A stretch of DNA of 64,000 nucleotides from Gracilinanus agilis (taxonomy: Eukaryota): NCBI RefSeq assembly GCF_016433145.1, contig NC_058132.1, forward strand, positions 582,907,771-582,971,770, read 5' to 3'. How positions within the stretch are numbered: position 1 is the stretch's first letter; each line of letters begins with the position of its first letter. Positions 36,106-48,405 of this stretch are shown here, piece after piece. The notes below the pieces were generated by a model, which was not told where the DNA came from, did not search any database, and worked only from the letters and a program-made list of their open reading frames with translations. The translations under genes were made by a program, and so were the position numbers.

Positions 36106-36237
36106 NNNNNNNNNNNNNNNNNNNNNNNNNNNNNNNNNNNNNNNNNNNNNNNNNNNNNNNNNNNNNNNNNNNNNNNNNNNNNNNNNNNNNNNNNNNNNNN
36201 NNNNNNNNNNNNNNNNNNNNNNNNNNNNNNNNNNNNN
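36106..36237. other. Assembly gap (132 N)
   Basis: Run of N. Confidence 1.
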
Positions 36238-36809
36238 TAAAGATTTAAATAGGGTAGTTCAAATGGCTAATGTTAAAGCCATAGTTAAAATGAACTGAAG
36301 TTACATATTTTCGATAAAGCAACAAAGAGGTTTCCAGTCCCTTGCTGGCACAGAAAGAGCAGTTAGAAATATTTTTTGTGTGTATGTATTATTTTCTACT
36401 TTCTTTGATTTTTTTTAAGATATAGGCTTAGCAATGTTATTACTGAGTCAAAAGATATGAATAGTTAAATAAATTTTAAGGTATAGTTTCAAACTGACTT
36501 CAAGAATGGCTGGATCAAGTTATCTTGCTTGGCATTTTAAAGATCAAGATAATATAATTAAATTCAACAAGTTTTTATTGAGTATCCGTATGGGTAAGAC
36601 AGGATGTTAAGCACCAGATGATATCTGCTGCTCAGGTAAATCTTACTAGTGTTTGTGTTTGCTAGTAGAAACATCACAAACGGGGTATGAAATAAATGTT
36701 TTGTTGAATGTAATGAAAATGTTCTTAAGTGTACTTCAAGATGGTATTGTATTACACCATGAGGACCAATATTCTCGGTTTCCTCTTCAGTAACAGGTTC
36801 ATAGATACT

Positions 36810-37250
36810 CAGAATTCAACAACATTTAACCAAACTAAAACATCTATTATTTGTAAGACTTCACATTAATAAGTGAAGATACAAAGGAAAAAAAAGGTTC
36901 TGTTCTCAAGAAGTTTTCATTCCATTGTGGAGAAGGTTTAGGAGTGACCATATGTACACAGAAAAGTAAATGCAAATTAATTTTATTTAAAAGAAAGTAC
37001 TAACCACTGGAGTTATTCAGAAAGGTTTCATTCTTACCATAGGCAGCAGATGAGCTGAACCATGATAAAAGCAAAATATTAAACAGTCGTTATGATACTG
37101 TGTATTTTAGTCGAGTGGACAGTTCGCTGAAAGTCATGGAAATAGAAGAGGATTTACTGAACTTGGGAAATATTTAGTAACGATTTAACTTAAATGAAGT
37201 GGATGAGGGAAAGTAAGGCAGGGGACAGCCGAGTTGTGAAGGACTTTTAA
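36810..37250 (-). mobile_element. L2 3' fragment
   Basis: attcaacaacattt...gaagatacaaaggaaaaaaaaggttctgttctcaagaagttttcattc. Confidence 0.55.
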
Positions 37251-37299
37251 TGTTGAGTCTAGCCAATAGTGCAGAGCACAAGTGTGGAATAGGTAGAAA

Positions 37300-37543
37300 A
37301 CTCCTAATATGAGAGCCTGAGACTGGTGCACCGCTTGAATTCAGGAGTTCTGAACAGCAGTCAAAAATGATAAGATTTGAACCAATATGGTGAACTCTAA
37401 TATTGGAAGTGCAGCATCAGGCTAGCTGAACTAACCCAAACTGGAAATGGAGCAAGTCACACTTGACCTGATTAGTAGAGGAGCAGGTCAATGATGGAAC
37501 ACTGCATTTCCAAGCTAGTCTCAAAAGAAAATTTTTAAAAAAA
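37300..37543 (+). pseudogene. RN7SL: 7SL (SRP RNA)-derived retroposed copy, degraded
   Basis: Collinear 7SL motifs: gcttgaattcaggagttctg (37333-37352), caatatggtga (37383-37393), ggaaatggagcaagtca (37443-37459), ctgattagtag (37468-37478), actgcatttcca (37501-37512), then gtctc plus an A-rich tail. Confidence 0.85.
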
Positions 37544-38074
37544 GTATATTCAAAATTTCAGGCATTTTATTCTGGAAGCAAAAATGGGTCACTAAAGATT
37601 TGAATAGGGTAGTTCAAATGGCTAATGTTTAAGCCATAATTAAAAATGAACTGAAATTACATATTTTCAATAATGCAATACACTAGTGATTAGTATATGA
37701 AAAAAATGACTTAATTGACTAAAGCTATCATAAGGTTTTCTAAGTCCTACGAATCTGAAAAAGATTTCCAGCATGAGCAGCAAAGATTGTATAACTGCTG
37801 TCTAACAACCAGCTATTTGAGGAGTTTAATTACCAAATTCATGGAGGGTAATGAAGTTATACCATTCTTTGTGGCCTACATTATTCTTACAAAATCAGTG
37901 GGGCTTGAAGTTTTGAAAATGAAGAAGACCCACCCTTACCACTCTGCCACCAAGGAGCCAATACATAGAAGTTAAGGGTTTAAAAAACAAAACAAAAAAA
38001 ATAAGACAAAAAAGCAAAGAAGGAATATTATAGCATTGATGAAAAAATTCTGACACAATTTAAAGACAAATATT

Positions 38075-39290
38075 TTAATATTTTATTGATTTTCTTTTTT
38101 TTCCAAATACATGTCAATATAACTTCTTAATATTTGTTTTATTGATATTTGCCATCTATGTTCTTTCTCTTTCCCTTTATCCTTCCTCCCTCCCCAAGGA
38201 GGCAAGTAATATAAGCAGCACATATATTATCATATAATACATAATTTCCATTCTTATTGTGATAAAAGACACGTGTTGCTTACACTAGAGAAAAAATTCA
38301 TGAAGGAAATAAAGTAAAAAACGGAATGCTTCCATTTGCATTTGGCCTCTAACTCTTCATTCTGTGGTGGTGAATATCCTTTTTCTTCATCATGAGTATC
38401 TTGGAGTCATCCGGTTTCCATGCCTTATTGATAATACTTAAGTCATTTACAGTTGGTTATCATACAGTATTGCTATTATTGTGTACAGCATTATCATGGT
38501 TCTGTTCACTTTACTTCATATAAGGCTTTACAGGATTTTCTTTTGGTGATCATCTTGTTTGTCATTTCTTCTGGCATAATAGTATTTCTTTATAAGCATA
38601 TGCCACAACTTGTTCAATCCAGTTGATGAACAACTCTTAAGTTTCCATTTTTTTTGGTCACCACAAAAGGAGCTACTATAAATATTTTTTGCACAGGTAG
38701 GTGTGTTCCCTCTATCTTTAATCTCTTTAGGATACAGATTAAGTAATGGTATTGTTGGGTTAAAGGGTATGCACAGTTTGATGACTCTTTGGACATGGTT
38801 CCAGATTACTGTCCAGAATGGTTGTATTCATAGCTTTACCAGCGGTGGATTAGTTTCCTGATTTTTCCACATTTCATCAACAATGATCATTTGCCTTTTT
38901 TGTAATGTTAGATAGTTTAATGGGTGTGAAGTGTTACCTCAGAGTTGTTTTCATTTTAATTTCTCTAATCAAAAGTGACTTGTAGCATTTTTCATATAAT
39001 TAAAGATATTTTTAAATTTCTTAATCTGAGAATTTCCTGTTCATATTATTTGACCATTTATTAATTGGGAAATGCTTTGTATTACTATAGATTAGACTCA
39101 GTTCTTCATATATTTGAAAAATGAAACCTTTGACAGAGAGACTTGCTATAAAATTGTTTCCCAGTTTGTTTGTTTTTTGCTTTTTAGTTTTGGATGCATC
39201 ACTTTTGTTTGTGCAGAAACTTTTTAATTTCTTGTAGTTAAAATTATCTATTTTATATCTCATAATGTTCTTCATGTCTTCTTTTGACCT
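38075..39290 (-). mobile_element. 5'-truncated L1 (3' UTR plus ORF2 C-terminal part)
   Basis: Antisense ORF2-like ORFs 38614-38796 and 39021-39275 (KIDNFNYKKLKSFCTNK) correspond to 52555-52827. Confidence 0.85.
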
Positions 39291-39444
39291 AAATGAAGAT
39301 TACTCGTTAAATACATAGTGAAAAACTCTTTTTAAATTTTTAGTTTCTTTTGTATTGTATTATCTTTTAAAATATATCACAAATTTTCATCTCTTTCCAT
39401 GAATTTCAAATGGGTAAAATAGTGTTTATTTTTGAGGATTTTTG

Positions 39445-39640
39445 ATTGAAGGCAGAAGAAGCAGTGGAAATGGAGTCAGGAAAAACTGGTTTCAAATCTC
39501 ACTTCAGGCATTTATTTTATATTTGACCCTGGCAAGTCATTTAAGAATCCTAGATATCTATTTCCTTATGTATAAAATGAGAGATTTAGGCCCATTGACA
39601 TGTAAAACCTCATCCAGATCTAAATCTACGAAACCTTTAT
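39445..39640 (+). mobile_element. MIR3/CORE-SINE
   Basis: ggaaatggagtcaggaaaaactggtttcaaatctcacttc...tgaccctggcaagtcatttaa...gtataaaatgaga...ccagatctaaatcta. Confidence 0.7.
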
Positions 39641-39781
39641 TTGAAACTAGTTCCCATAGTAAATGCCCTTCAACTCCCTCCCTATCATAATTATAATAAA
39701 AATTTAAAAAAAGTTTGGTAGAGAGGGATAAACTTGGTTCACTACCCTGTCAAATGTTTGAGCATGGTAGAAAGTCTAGCC

Positions 39782-39974
39782 CAGTGGTTCTCAAACGTTT
39801 TTGGCCTATTACCCCCTTTCCAGAAAAAAATATTACTTAGCCCCCTGGAAATTATTTTTTTTAAATTTTAATAGCAATTAATAGGAAAGATGAATGCACC
39901 TGTGGCCATCACCGCTTACCTAGATTGTTGTAGCACCCACTAGGGGGCAGTGGCACCCACTTTGGGAATCACTG
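39782..39974. mobile_element. Intact Charlie-type hAT MITE (193 bp)
   Basis: TIRs cagtggttctcaaa / tttgggaatcactg. 8-bp TSD gtctagcc (39774-39781) / gtctagat (39975-39982) with the TCTAG core typical of Charlie elements. Confidence 0.9.
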
Positions 39975-40314
39975 GTCTAGATCTAAAAGAAGCAACAAGA
40001 CAGCATTCCACACCTTAAGACAGGTTAGGGGAGAAGGCATTAGTTCCAAAGTCCTAAGGATTTTAACTGAACAGTATCTCTTGAAACTATCTGATCCTTC
40101 TATTCGCAATTACACAACTCTAAAAGAGGAAGGCAGTCCTCACCAACATCTAACCATTGATAGCCTCCATATTTCAATTCCTTTCAGTCCAATGTCATGT
40201 TACCTATTCTATTAGCCTTTCCTACTGAAATTCTTTTCTCCTTATCTTTGAGCATTTGGTTCCTTTTCCCTTCTTGAACTTATACTTAAGTATGAACATA
40301 GGTCAGCTCCTATT

Positions 40315-40432
40315 AAATTATAAATTCTTTGAGGGCAGAGACACTGCCACTTTTTGCATTTTTGCATCCCTATGACTAAGCATAATGTCATGCCAATAGT
40401 CAAAATTAACAAATATTTTTTGAATTGAATTA
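40315..40432 (+). mobile_element. L2 3' end
   Basis: ttataaattctttgagggcagagac...gcatccctatgactaagcataatg...aaatattttttgaattgaatt. Confidence 0.7.
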
Positions 40433-40639
40433 AAATAAGTTGGAAATTGTATTGGATATAAAGATCACTTATATTCTAATTTTATTGAGAGACAGTGTGG
40501 AATCCTTTATAGTGTGGAATGTTGATATTATAACTCTTCTGCATCCACCCCCCCCAAAAAAAAAAGCCTTTTGAATTTAAATTTCAAACAGTTTTGATTT
40601 TAGGGTGTTACTTAGGGAATTGTGGATTCAATTAAAAGA

Positions 40640-42720
40640 GTTTGGGTGGTCCTAGGTATTACCAATTTAATCACCCATACATAGGCCTCTTTACCAAACT
40701 GCCAAGCCTATAATCTGCATATTTTGCATGCCAAGAGTTTTGGTGGGTGATCCCTGGCTTATATACCTTTTAAAGATTTACAAATTGTTTTCATCAGTAT
40801 TCATAAATCTGGACAATAAAGTTTTTCTTGTTGTAGTTGTTCAACTCAATAGCTGGATAGAACCTTTCCCTGGTATTCATGCTACTTCAGCTTTTGTTGC
40901 TAAAATGCTATTGGTGATTGTTCCTACCAAAACACATTGATTTAGATAAGGGTATATATTTTATATATTCTGTTTTTACCACAGATTTATTCTTGTTTGG
41001 GAATTATTGCCAAATTTCATACACTTTACCATCCCTAGAGTTCAGTCCAAGTTGAATGCATGAATAAACAATGTAAAACTATATTTGGCAAACTGCACAA
41101 AATATCATTTAAAGTAGTCTGATAGACTACCCATGCTTCCTATGCAGAAAACCTAGGGGCAATCTGTGTCTCACAATTCAATACACTTTTTGGACATCCC
41201 TCTATTTGTGTCAACACTTTTTCCTCTGAGTATATATCATTACTAAGAGAAGATACTTCTGTTGCTTCCTATATACAGGAATTAGAGGTCAGATTGTGTG
41301 AGCTTCATGACTTTGGAGCCACAGAACAGGAAGGACCCAATTTGGACTTCTCACTACAAATGATGCCGATTACTCTGATGGCCATCAAACTTGAAAGGAA
41401 AAATTATTGAATTCTTTGTTTTGAAGTAAAACCAGTACCATCTATCAACATTAAGTAACCATATATTGTAACTTTAATTATACATTATTGTGTTTTTGTA
41501 ATTTTTATCTTTTTGTAATTAGTCATTTAATGGTAGCTTAATTTCAAGTACTCTGTCAAAAATCCTACCTCCATTTATTGTTGTCTTATTCTCAACATTA
41601 CTACGTATTATATTTTCTTCTAATCTAATCAAAGGCAATTGGTCCTTATGGGTTCTGGGTCTGTCACCAGCTCCTTCAGAGCTCTGTTTTATCTTGGGCA
41701 TAATTCCAATCTATATGAGCAAAACTTTCCCATAACTTGCACCTCATCAAAGTCATATATTGCCAGATAAACAATTTTTTCCTTTGTCTTTGTTATTAAC
41801 CACATCAATAGTTACAAGGTGGAGCCCAATTGCTATGTCCTCCAAAGTAACTTTCAGACATTCAATTTCTCCATTTCCATTCACTGATCATTTACTCACC
41901 TTTGATTTGTGTGATAAGAGACAGAGAAGGGATTATTGGATAACAGATATATGGGAGAAAATGTGAAGTGAGACTTCACTATTTCTTCCCTATGACAACA
42001 TTTGACTGTGCTAAGATGTATCTCAATTGGATAAAGAATAGGTCATGGAAGTACATATCTTTTGCAGTGGTTATTGCCCCATCACAAATGAGGACAGACT
42101 TCCCAGGAGGTTTGGGACCTGAGGGCAATTCTACATCTATAACTCTTCAGGTTTCTTTTCCCTTCCCCATGATGACATTAGATTTGTGGTTTGATCTCTG
42201 TAATCCCACTAGTGTCAGATTTTTCTGATTGGCTTTACCCATGTTTAGGATGAAAGCAGTAATATATTCTATTAAAAATTTCTCTGATGAGGTTGAGAAA
42301 TAGGCTCAGGGTACAATCCAATCCATTTTCTGAACATTTGAAGCTATCTACATCCTATAGGAAGAGACTGACTCCTTGGCAAAAATAGTCATAAGAAATG
42401 CTTTGCTCTGAACATGCTTACTGCTGCTTCAGAGGGTACCTGTAGAGATGGGGAAATTGTTACAAATGCCCATGAGTTACAAAGGATTATGTATGACACT
42501 CAGAAAATTGCAAGAGACCTATGTGACATCTTATGACACATGGTGGAACCTTTCTTGGTTATAAGAACTTGCTATAATTGATTTTTGGTCAAATAGGCCT
42601 TTTTTAATTCTAGGAATTATTTTTCTTTTCAGACTTTGCCTTAGTTGTTGTAATAAAGTCTATGCCAAGTCTGGGGAAAAAACTTCTGTATATGCATACT
42701 GAAATAATGGCCATATTAGA
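40640..42720 (+). mobile_element. Degraded class I ERV internal relic: pol integrase followed by env (SU/TM)
   Basis: Across frames: AYIPFKDLQIVFI, FLVVVVQLNSWIEPFPGIHATSAFVAKMLL, IDLDKGIYF, FHTLYHP*SSVQVECMNK (integrase core). Then DSLAKIVIRN/FALNMLTAASEGTC (env immunosuppressive domain, 42370-42443) and hydrophobic FLILGIIFLFRLCLSCC (about 42600-42650). Many stops and frameshifts. Confidence 0.85.
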
Positions 42721-44339
42721 AATCCAGTAGATTTAACTTTTAAGTAACCAATCTGTTTCTTTAAAATACATGTGTTTACCTGTTACATTGTCAAGTGGTT
42801 TTGGCAACTAATGTTGTTATTTTTATGTTAATTTAATGTGATTTTTTATTTGATTTTATGCAGTTAAATCTGATATTTGATATTGAAGAATCATTTGGCA
42901 ATGTCTAAGAGCCCTGAAAACATTTCATAAACCAAAGTTTAGACTACTGAAAGTTGCCATTTGTGTTTAAATCTTATGGCATTGTAACTGATTCAAAAAT
43001 AGCTTTATTTTATGCAGATTGGCAATTTGTATGAAATGTATGGGTTATTTTCCTAGAGCACTGAGAGTCCAAATGACTTGCTCATGTAGATGGTGTGTCA
43101 AAGGTAGGACAGACTAGTTTTCCCTACTTTGTGATTGCCCTTTTAACAATTGTCCCACATAGCATCTCACAAAATTAAATTCTAAAACTGAAAGAATGTT
43201 TCCTAAGAAAGCGAGAGAATAGCAAAACACAATATATTATATAGTGATAAATGATATCATGTAATAAGATATCCATATGAAGATGCCAAAAAATGAATCC
43301 TTTATCAGTTTTCTTTGCTAAGTTTTCTCTTTAAGATCTGCAATACCAAAACATTTTAAAAGAAATTTCATTTTAATTAGCATACCACCTGTGCTAAAGT
43401 TGTGAATTGTAGCATTACCTCTCTATGCTTTGCATTTTTAGTGACTAGATTGTGGTGATAGAAGAAAGAAGTTTAAAAATGAGGACTAAGTTGAAAGACT
43501 TTCTTTAATGTAAAGTATACTTTTGAAACAGCTCTTCAGAAATTTGTTATTTTACAAATTACTGCAAGCATTGTTCTGTCTTTGCCCTCCCCCCACCCAA
43601 CCCTTTCCTTCTCACACATTTACCCCATTTCATGAGTGCAATGAATTCTTTTAAGGAAAATATGTTTGTTTTAAGGTTAGGAGAAAGATTTTTACCAAAT
43701 ACTGAAGAATGGTCATACACTTAATTTGGTGGTGATGATGTCACATTGTCTAATTGTTCCTGGTACTTCATTTTTTAATTAAAAACTTCTTTTAGAAAAG
43801 GGAGATTTGAAAGGACAAGCTCTTCTCAGGCTTTGTCTCCAGCGAGTGATACTATGTATTAGAACCAGTAAACAAAACAAGGTTGTCTTGGCATTTTTTC
43901 ATGGAAGAGGCCAGAACGAAGCTCCACAGAGGATCTGAGAGACAACAGTCCTTAAGGGCACCATTGTGAAGCCCTTTTGTTATCACAATTGAATGTCTCA
44001 TAACTCATGCATAAATAATGAAAAAAAAGAACTTTAGAATTATAGCTTTATTCTTTTCTCAACATTTATGAAGTTGTCACACATAAGTATAAGCTCATCT
44101 CCCCCTCTGTGCCTTATGAAAGGATAGATATATTTCTGTTATTTCTGGCAACTAAACTGATCTAACAATCAGACAAAAATGACAATTTAGATAACCAAAA
44201 TAAATGAACTGGTTCAAAAAGGGGCAAGGGTTCTAAAACAGGCTTTGCAGAGTTTCAGGCAGTATTGGAGAAAGTTTTCCTTTTTGACCAAAATTTGTTT
44301 TAATATTTTTGTTTTGTTTGTGGCACATCACATCACATA

Positions 44340-44575
44340 GAGACATTCTTTATAACGTAGAATTGGTTACAGGTTGTAGTTGTGAATTTAGTTTTACAGA
44401 GTAATCCATACTGAGGGAATGTCCTCTAATAATACACTTAAGGAAGTACCTCCTCTGCAATGTATAGTCTTAGAGAGTTGAACAGAGTATTGAGAAAATA
44501 AGTGACTTGCCTAGGGTCACTTAGCCAGTATATGGAAGAACCCCATTTCTGGCTCTAAGATCCACTCTCTACCTG
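44340..44575 (-). mobile_element. CORE-SINE with extended tail, degraded
   Basis: ctgcaatgtatagtcttagagagttg...agtattgagaaaataagtgacttgcctagggtcacttagccag (MIR core, reverse). Confidence 0.6.
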
Positions 44576-46069
44576 AGGACGCCATAGAATTTCTGACATA
44601 AGATACAATAAAAAGATTTCACAATATTCTGATCAACAATTCTAAGTGGTTTTTTAAATGTTGAATTTTTTTTTTGCTCATCAATAAAATAACCCAATTA
44701 TTTTTTTCCCTCCCTAACAGGGAATACTTAAGGGCAAAAAATATTTGCCACCTGAGGACAAGTCTTGCTAACTAATTTCAGAGTTCTCGGTTTTTAGATT
44801 GGTTTCATTTTCTTTGGTCCCAAGCAACTGATGCAGTCTGTTTATTAAGGTGGTGTGGGATTATGATCATCCTTATCAATGAAAATATAGATTTTTCATG
44901 TAATCAAGTGTGGATGTTCTCAGAATCCAGGAGCCTCAAACTTCCAATATCTTGCAATGTCTTTCACAAGAATACCTGAGTAAATAAACTAGAGATCTGG
45001 TAATATTGTCAAGCAACCTGTGACACAAAAATCATCATTATCCTGCCCTTGGGTGTTTTCTGGACCAGTTACTTCAGCTGGTTTGCAGCATAGTCTGTTA
45101 TATAAGACTTTCTTAGGAATACTAACAATACCAAGGAAATCAAATACAAACATTCAAGCAAAACCATCCAGATACATCAGACACCCCAGGGCTTTACTGT
45201 TTTCCTTTTTATGTTTTTTCATGCAACAGTGAATCTTTTTATTAATTTTCAATATTGAGTTGTCATATTGAATAAGAAGTGACAAAGATAAAAATAAACT
45301 TGTCAAAAAAAATACAACGCCCTAATCTAAAGAAGGGAGCACTGACAAGCATGCTAGTTGTGGCCATAAGTTTTACAAATGTTTACTTAATATAGTTACT
45401 AAACTGGAATAATTACAACCCCCCCCCCAAAAAAAACAACTGTAGGTTCTTTAGGATCTAGAAAGTGTTCAAGAACTAGTCACGGTTACCAAATATAAGC
45501 TTCCAACTAATAAAATTCTGTAATTATAATGAAATAAAATGGTCTAAACAGTAAGTCAAAGGTTTTCAGTCTTGACCTGATTTTAAATGTCTTCAATAGA
45601 CAAACTCAGAGTGGATGGGCAGGTGATGTCTTAATTAAAGCTATTGGTAAGAGCTTTTGGTTTCTTGATGCAGAGATTATTTGTTCTGGTTACCTACTTA
45701 TAGTAACAGGAAAGTATTTTCACTAAAAGAGAAAAAAGGAAGTTTTAATTAAAAACATATTTAAAGCATTTCACCTTGCAAAATATTTTAATAGTGAGTA
45801 AAATTCTCCAAGTTTTTTGGCTCCATTTATGTTTTACTCCTATGTCATTTAGCATCAATGGTTCCAATCTCATCCAAAAAAAGTATTTTAATAAAACAGT
45901 ATGCAAAACCATGGTAATGAAAGGACAAAGAAAAGAAGCAACAACAATAACAAGAATATCCCCAACCCTCTTTTCTCAAGAAAACTAAAATCTCAGGGAT
46001 ATCATAAACAAACAGAAATATGCAAATACTTTTTTGAGAAGATGAAACACCCACATCTAAGGGAATCAG

Positions 46070-47130
46070 GAAAAGCTTCCTATTAGAAATGTCTCATGGA
46101 CTGAATGAACTTTGAAGGAAATACAAATTTTGAGAGATATTGGCAAGGATGATTTTAATTCTCTATAGGCAAGGGTGGAAGAAAGAATGCCTGTACATAG
46201 GCAGAGAGGTTGCAAAGAAAATGATAGAATTGTCAAGTTAAAAAAAAAGCACTATGTTGGCCAAATGAAGATTGACAACACATAAATGAGAAAATACTAA
46301 AGGATTAAAATTTGTGGAAAAATTTAGGAGAGATATATATTTCATATATAAATGTATGTTATATGTGTGTACATACACACATAAATTTGTATATATATAT
46401 ATATATGCTGGTTGTCTCCAGTTTCAGAGCTGATAATTGAATTCATGGGACCTGAAGACTCCAGTAAGAGGAAAAGTTTAGAGAAAGAAGAGAATAAAGA
46501 TAGTATAGAGAAATATAGAGAAGAGAAAAAGGCCTGGAAGACAGAATATTTTGGGCTAACCACATGGTGGATAGATCACCAGGGGTGATGATTCAGTAAA
46601 GAGATGTAAGACTAGTCAGATGTGTAGTCCAAGAAGGAAGAATAATGACTTGAAAACAGGAAAAAAGGGACAAACAATCCTTAATGCTTCAGAAGGGTCA
46701 GAAAAGATCAGAACTTAAAACGTCACCATTATATTTAGCAACTAAGGGATTATCTTAACAGTTAAGTTGGAAGCTCAGTTGCAAAGAACTGAAAAAAAAT
46801 TATAGCAATGAGAGGAAGTAGATGATTCTTCCCTTCCTAGAAAATTTAACTATGAAAGAGAAGAAATTTAAGATGAGAGAATGAAGGGATATGAATGTCA
46901 AATGATTCTTTTTGGCTTCTTTCTAGGATGAATAAGTCTTGGTCATATACTGAGTCAGTCAGTAAAAAGAGAAATTCAAGGCTACAGAAGGGGAAAGTAA
47001 CAGAAAAGGTGACTGGTTATAAACTAGTAGGAGAATTAGTTTTTGACAAGAAAAAATATCTTTTCTATAGAGACAAAGGAAATCATATGGATGTAAAATT
47101 AAGAGATTTTGAGGAATGACATATGAATAG
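46070..47130 (-). mobile_element. L2 fragments (ORF2/3' region)
   Basis: Purine-rich antisense L2-like text: ggaaaagcttcct..., gagctgataattgaattcatggga, gggtcagaaaagatcagaacttaaaacgtcaccattatatttagcaact. Confidence 0.55.
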
Positions 47131-48227
47131 GAGAAAAAAGAAGTTTCCAAAATAAGAACTTTATTTAAAAAAAAGTATAGATACTCCTTCCACATTAGGT
47201 TAGGGATGCAGCATCTCTGGGATCAGGAAAATTCAGGTAAATATTTTTGGTTCTCCCTTTGTACCAGGGAAGAAATCTGAATTTTTTTCTATTTTACATT
47301 TATGGGATTTTTTAGTATCTTATTGGCAAAATTTGGGTTAATTATTTAGTCTTAGGTTATATGTAGGACAATTTAAAGAAAAATGACTATAATTTTTTTC
47401 TGTGTTGTCTGTTGGTTTTCTAGCATTGTCTGCAGCTTTTGTAAAACTCATCAAAAAATCTCATTTAATTTCTTATGTCAACATGCAATATAATGTAATG
47501 TTGATGTGAAAAGTCACAGTGTGGAAAGGATGCCTCTAGTTTCTAAGTATAATTCTAAATTAAATTATGAATTTAAGTACATATTGGGTCTACTAATTTT
47601 ATCTACCATTTGTTAATTTATTAAAAAATGAAAATAAAGTTGTTATAATATGATTTCCTGATGAAGTTTTTAAAAAAGAGAGAACCATGAAGAGTGAGGA
47701 GTAGTTGGTTTGGGAGGGTTTTAGAAGGAGAGTCTCTGAGAAGAGTTATAGTTAGGATACAGATTGAACTGATCAAACAAAGGGAAGAGCCTGAACTACT
47801 GAAAAAAATAGTCCTACTTGTTATATTTTGTTATGGATACCTTTCTTTTTTTTCTTGTACTATTTTTATTTCAATTTAAGCATATTAAGATGTGTTTTTC
47901 TAAGTAATTGAAACTTAAAAGTGTAAGATGAGAAAAGTAAGATTGTTAAAGGGGCAAAAAGTTAACAAAATGAATGCAAAGCATAAGGAATTTATTATTT
48001 GTGGATTATGTATGGCACTATACTAAGTGCTAGGAAATAGATTCTTTTTCCCTACTTTATTAATAGGTATTTACATCTAATTCAGGAGGTCACATGCCAT
48101 GTTATGAAGCACCATAGAAAATACAAAAAATTTATATTTCAGATTCTTTTCAGAAAATATTTTTAGGGCTTCTTTGAAGTAGATCATTGGTAATGGAGAT
48201 AGTTTTGTTCTGCATTTTTGTATCTTT

Positions 48228-48405
48228 TGTTAAAGAGCGTTGGATTTGGAGTCCAATGACCTGTATTCAAATTCCAGTTTATTATCTTTCTGACCTTGGA
48301 CAATTTTCCTTTGTCAAAAATTATTGTAGTCACAGGTTCCTTATATAAACAATGAGAGATTTTGACAAAATTTCCACAAAGCTCCCTTCAACTTCTAATT
48401 CATAT
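48228..48405 (+). mobile_element. MIR3-like SINE
   Basis: aaagagcgttggatttggagtccaatgacctgtattcaaattccag...tgaccttggacaa...cccttcaacttctaattc. Confidence 0.7.
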
